Source: Antedon mediterranea (Eukaryota > Animalia > Echinodermata). From it: 64,000 bases of DNA. Below, in pieces: positions 62,421 to 64,000 of this stretch. Position numbers and translations under genes: made by a program. The notes under the pieces are model-generated. The model saw nothing but the letters and a program-made list of their open reading frames with translations. It searched no databases and was not told where the DNA came from. Location: positions 2,852,001 through 2,916,000 of the forward strand of contig NC_092680.1 in assembly GCF_964355755.1 (NCBI RefSeq). Reading direction: 5' to 3'. Position 1 is the stretch's first letter, and every line of letters begins with the position of its first letter.

Positions 62421-63401
62421 GATGATTGATCTTCGACCCTTGGAACGTACCACTTCCAAGCAGGGATGTAACTACGATATGACCAATCGATCGTTTAAAT
62501 AGCAGCAGATATTGACTTATATTACGTCACACATCGTTAATAATTAATACACTGCAGGAAGTCACATCGATACTGTATGATATTGAACAAGAGAGATGAA
62601 CACAGAACCTGTCTCAATCCATAATTAATTACCTTTGCGCAAGCGTAGTATAAAATATAAAAAAAACTGAATATTTAAGAGGAAGTTACCATACATTGTT
62701 TTGTATAAGTAGGCCTACGTAGGCCTACTTAAACAGTAGATGATTAATGTGTTTAACTATATTAATACCAGTATAAATTAAATCGATTAATTATGAGTGA
62801 TGAGGTTTTTACAGTGATGTTTATATTTACATGTTTTTAAGTAAGCATAATGATTATAATGATTTATTGATATTGCACTCTTGTACTCGTGGCACATATC
62901 AAACATAGACAGATTAATATGGTTATCAAACATTAATTATTTGAACAATAACATCATGTGGTTATGCGGTTAATTATAAATATGGTTCTAGTGTGTACAC
63001 TTGAGTTATATATTTGTTTGTTTAATAAAACTGGTGTATGTATTTAACACTTATTTTAATAATATAGTACAGGCAGGGAAGAGTTAAATTTAACTCTTCC
63101 CTGGTACATGTATAGTTTATATATCATACATTATCACAGATCACTCACCACAACTTCCCACTCTGCTAAGTCACCGAAACGGCACCTTATGGCTAGCCAA
63201 ACTAACAATTTATACTATTATTATACTTGAGTGAATGTATAATGTATGTCACTTTAAACCAGGGAAGATTGAATAGCTTTAAATGAATATTACCATCATT
63301 TTGAACACAATCCATATAAGCCTACTATGATCTTGCGCAGTTGCCCATATCTATGCGTCCGCGTAATAATCTATACTTCAATGTGTATATTGTGCGTATA
63401 A

Positions 63402-63526
63402 AGCTTTGTCTACACTATCACACTTTTTGTGACGAAAACATGTGATGATGATGATGTCATATCACTACCATATTTGGACACATCACACTTTTTTTGCCAA
63501 ACTAGTTTGATAATGTAGACAAAGGT
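63402..63526. mobile_element. MITE family A copy
   Basis: Both TIRs, diverged; TAA TSD at 63399-63401 and 63527-63529. Confidence 0.72.
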
Positions 63527-63941
63527 TAATTCTTTAAGTAATTACAGTTTAAATTGCTTTCTTATTTCATTATATGTATGTATTTAATCTAAAATAAAAT
63601 GTTGAATTATTTTTAATAGAATGCAGTATAGGCTTATTGGCTCTTTCGCACCATGTACGATTAGTGTGTAATTTTTTTCTTTTATGTTAAAGTTAAAACA
63701 TATTATCAGTCCACTTGTTTATTTAACAGTTAGCCTAATGGATTGCATGTATTATTATAATATATTTCCTGTGGTTTATGATTAATGTTAAGTATACTCT
63801 ATCCGCCTATCAGAACCAAAATCGTGTAAAATGATAACAATTTAAATCGGACCTTGGACAGTAGGCTTGGCTTGTCTGAAGTAGCACTCTCTTGATTTCT
63901 TTCTCTTTTGCTGCCTGCAACCAACACACAAGTAAAAAAAG

Positions 63942-63959
63942 ATGGCTGAAGTCGCTGAA
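63942..63959 (+). CDS. Probable first coding micro-exon (MAEVAE) of the next gene, possibly another annexin
   Basis: AAAG-ATG-G start context, six codons, then a perfect phase-0 GTAAGT donor. Same design as the MAAV first exon of the adjacent annexin. The rest lies outside the window. Confidence 0.45.
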
Positions 63960-64000
63960 GTAAGTACATTTATAGTTTATTTTCAAAGAAATTAAACAAG

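Overview
AT-rich, intron-rich animal genomic DNA (invertebrate; echinoderm-like by my impression only). The left 24.7 kb holds the 5' part of an otoferlin gene on the minus strand: at least 32 complete exons, running off the left edge. The rest is a tandem annexin cluster that the ORF track largely misses because the exons are small. Manual GT-AG splicing gives four complete genes with a shared annexin exon skeleton. (1) A galectin-like domain fused to an annexin, about 474 aa, + strand. (2) A signal peptide plus thrombospondin-type-1 (TSR) repeats fused to an annexin, about 608 aa, - strand. (3) Head-to-head with it, a giant protein with a signal peptide, about 45 TSR modules and an annexin, about 2859 aa, + strand, with a 7.56-kb first exon. 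(4) A canonical four-Ca2+-site annexin, about 319 aa, - strand. A possible first exon of a fifth gene sits at the right edge. The two predicted secreted annexin domains have lost their Ca2+ loops and share a new Cys pair, and the giant one has gained N-glycosylation sequons. Also present: two PIF/Harbinger-like MITE families, a hAT-like element pair, SINE remnants, minisatellites and a minimal hammerhead-ribozyme motif. All gene models are hand-spliced predictions without transcript support.
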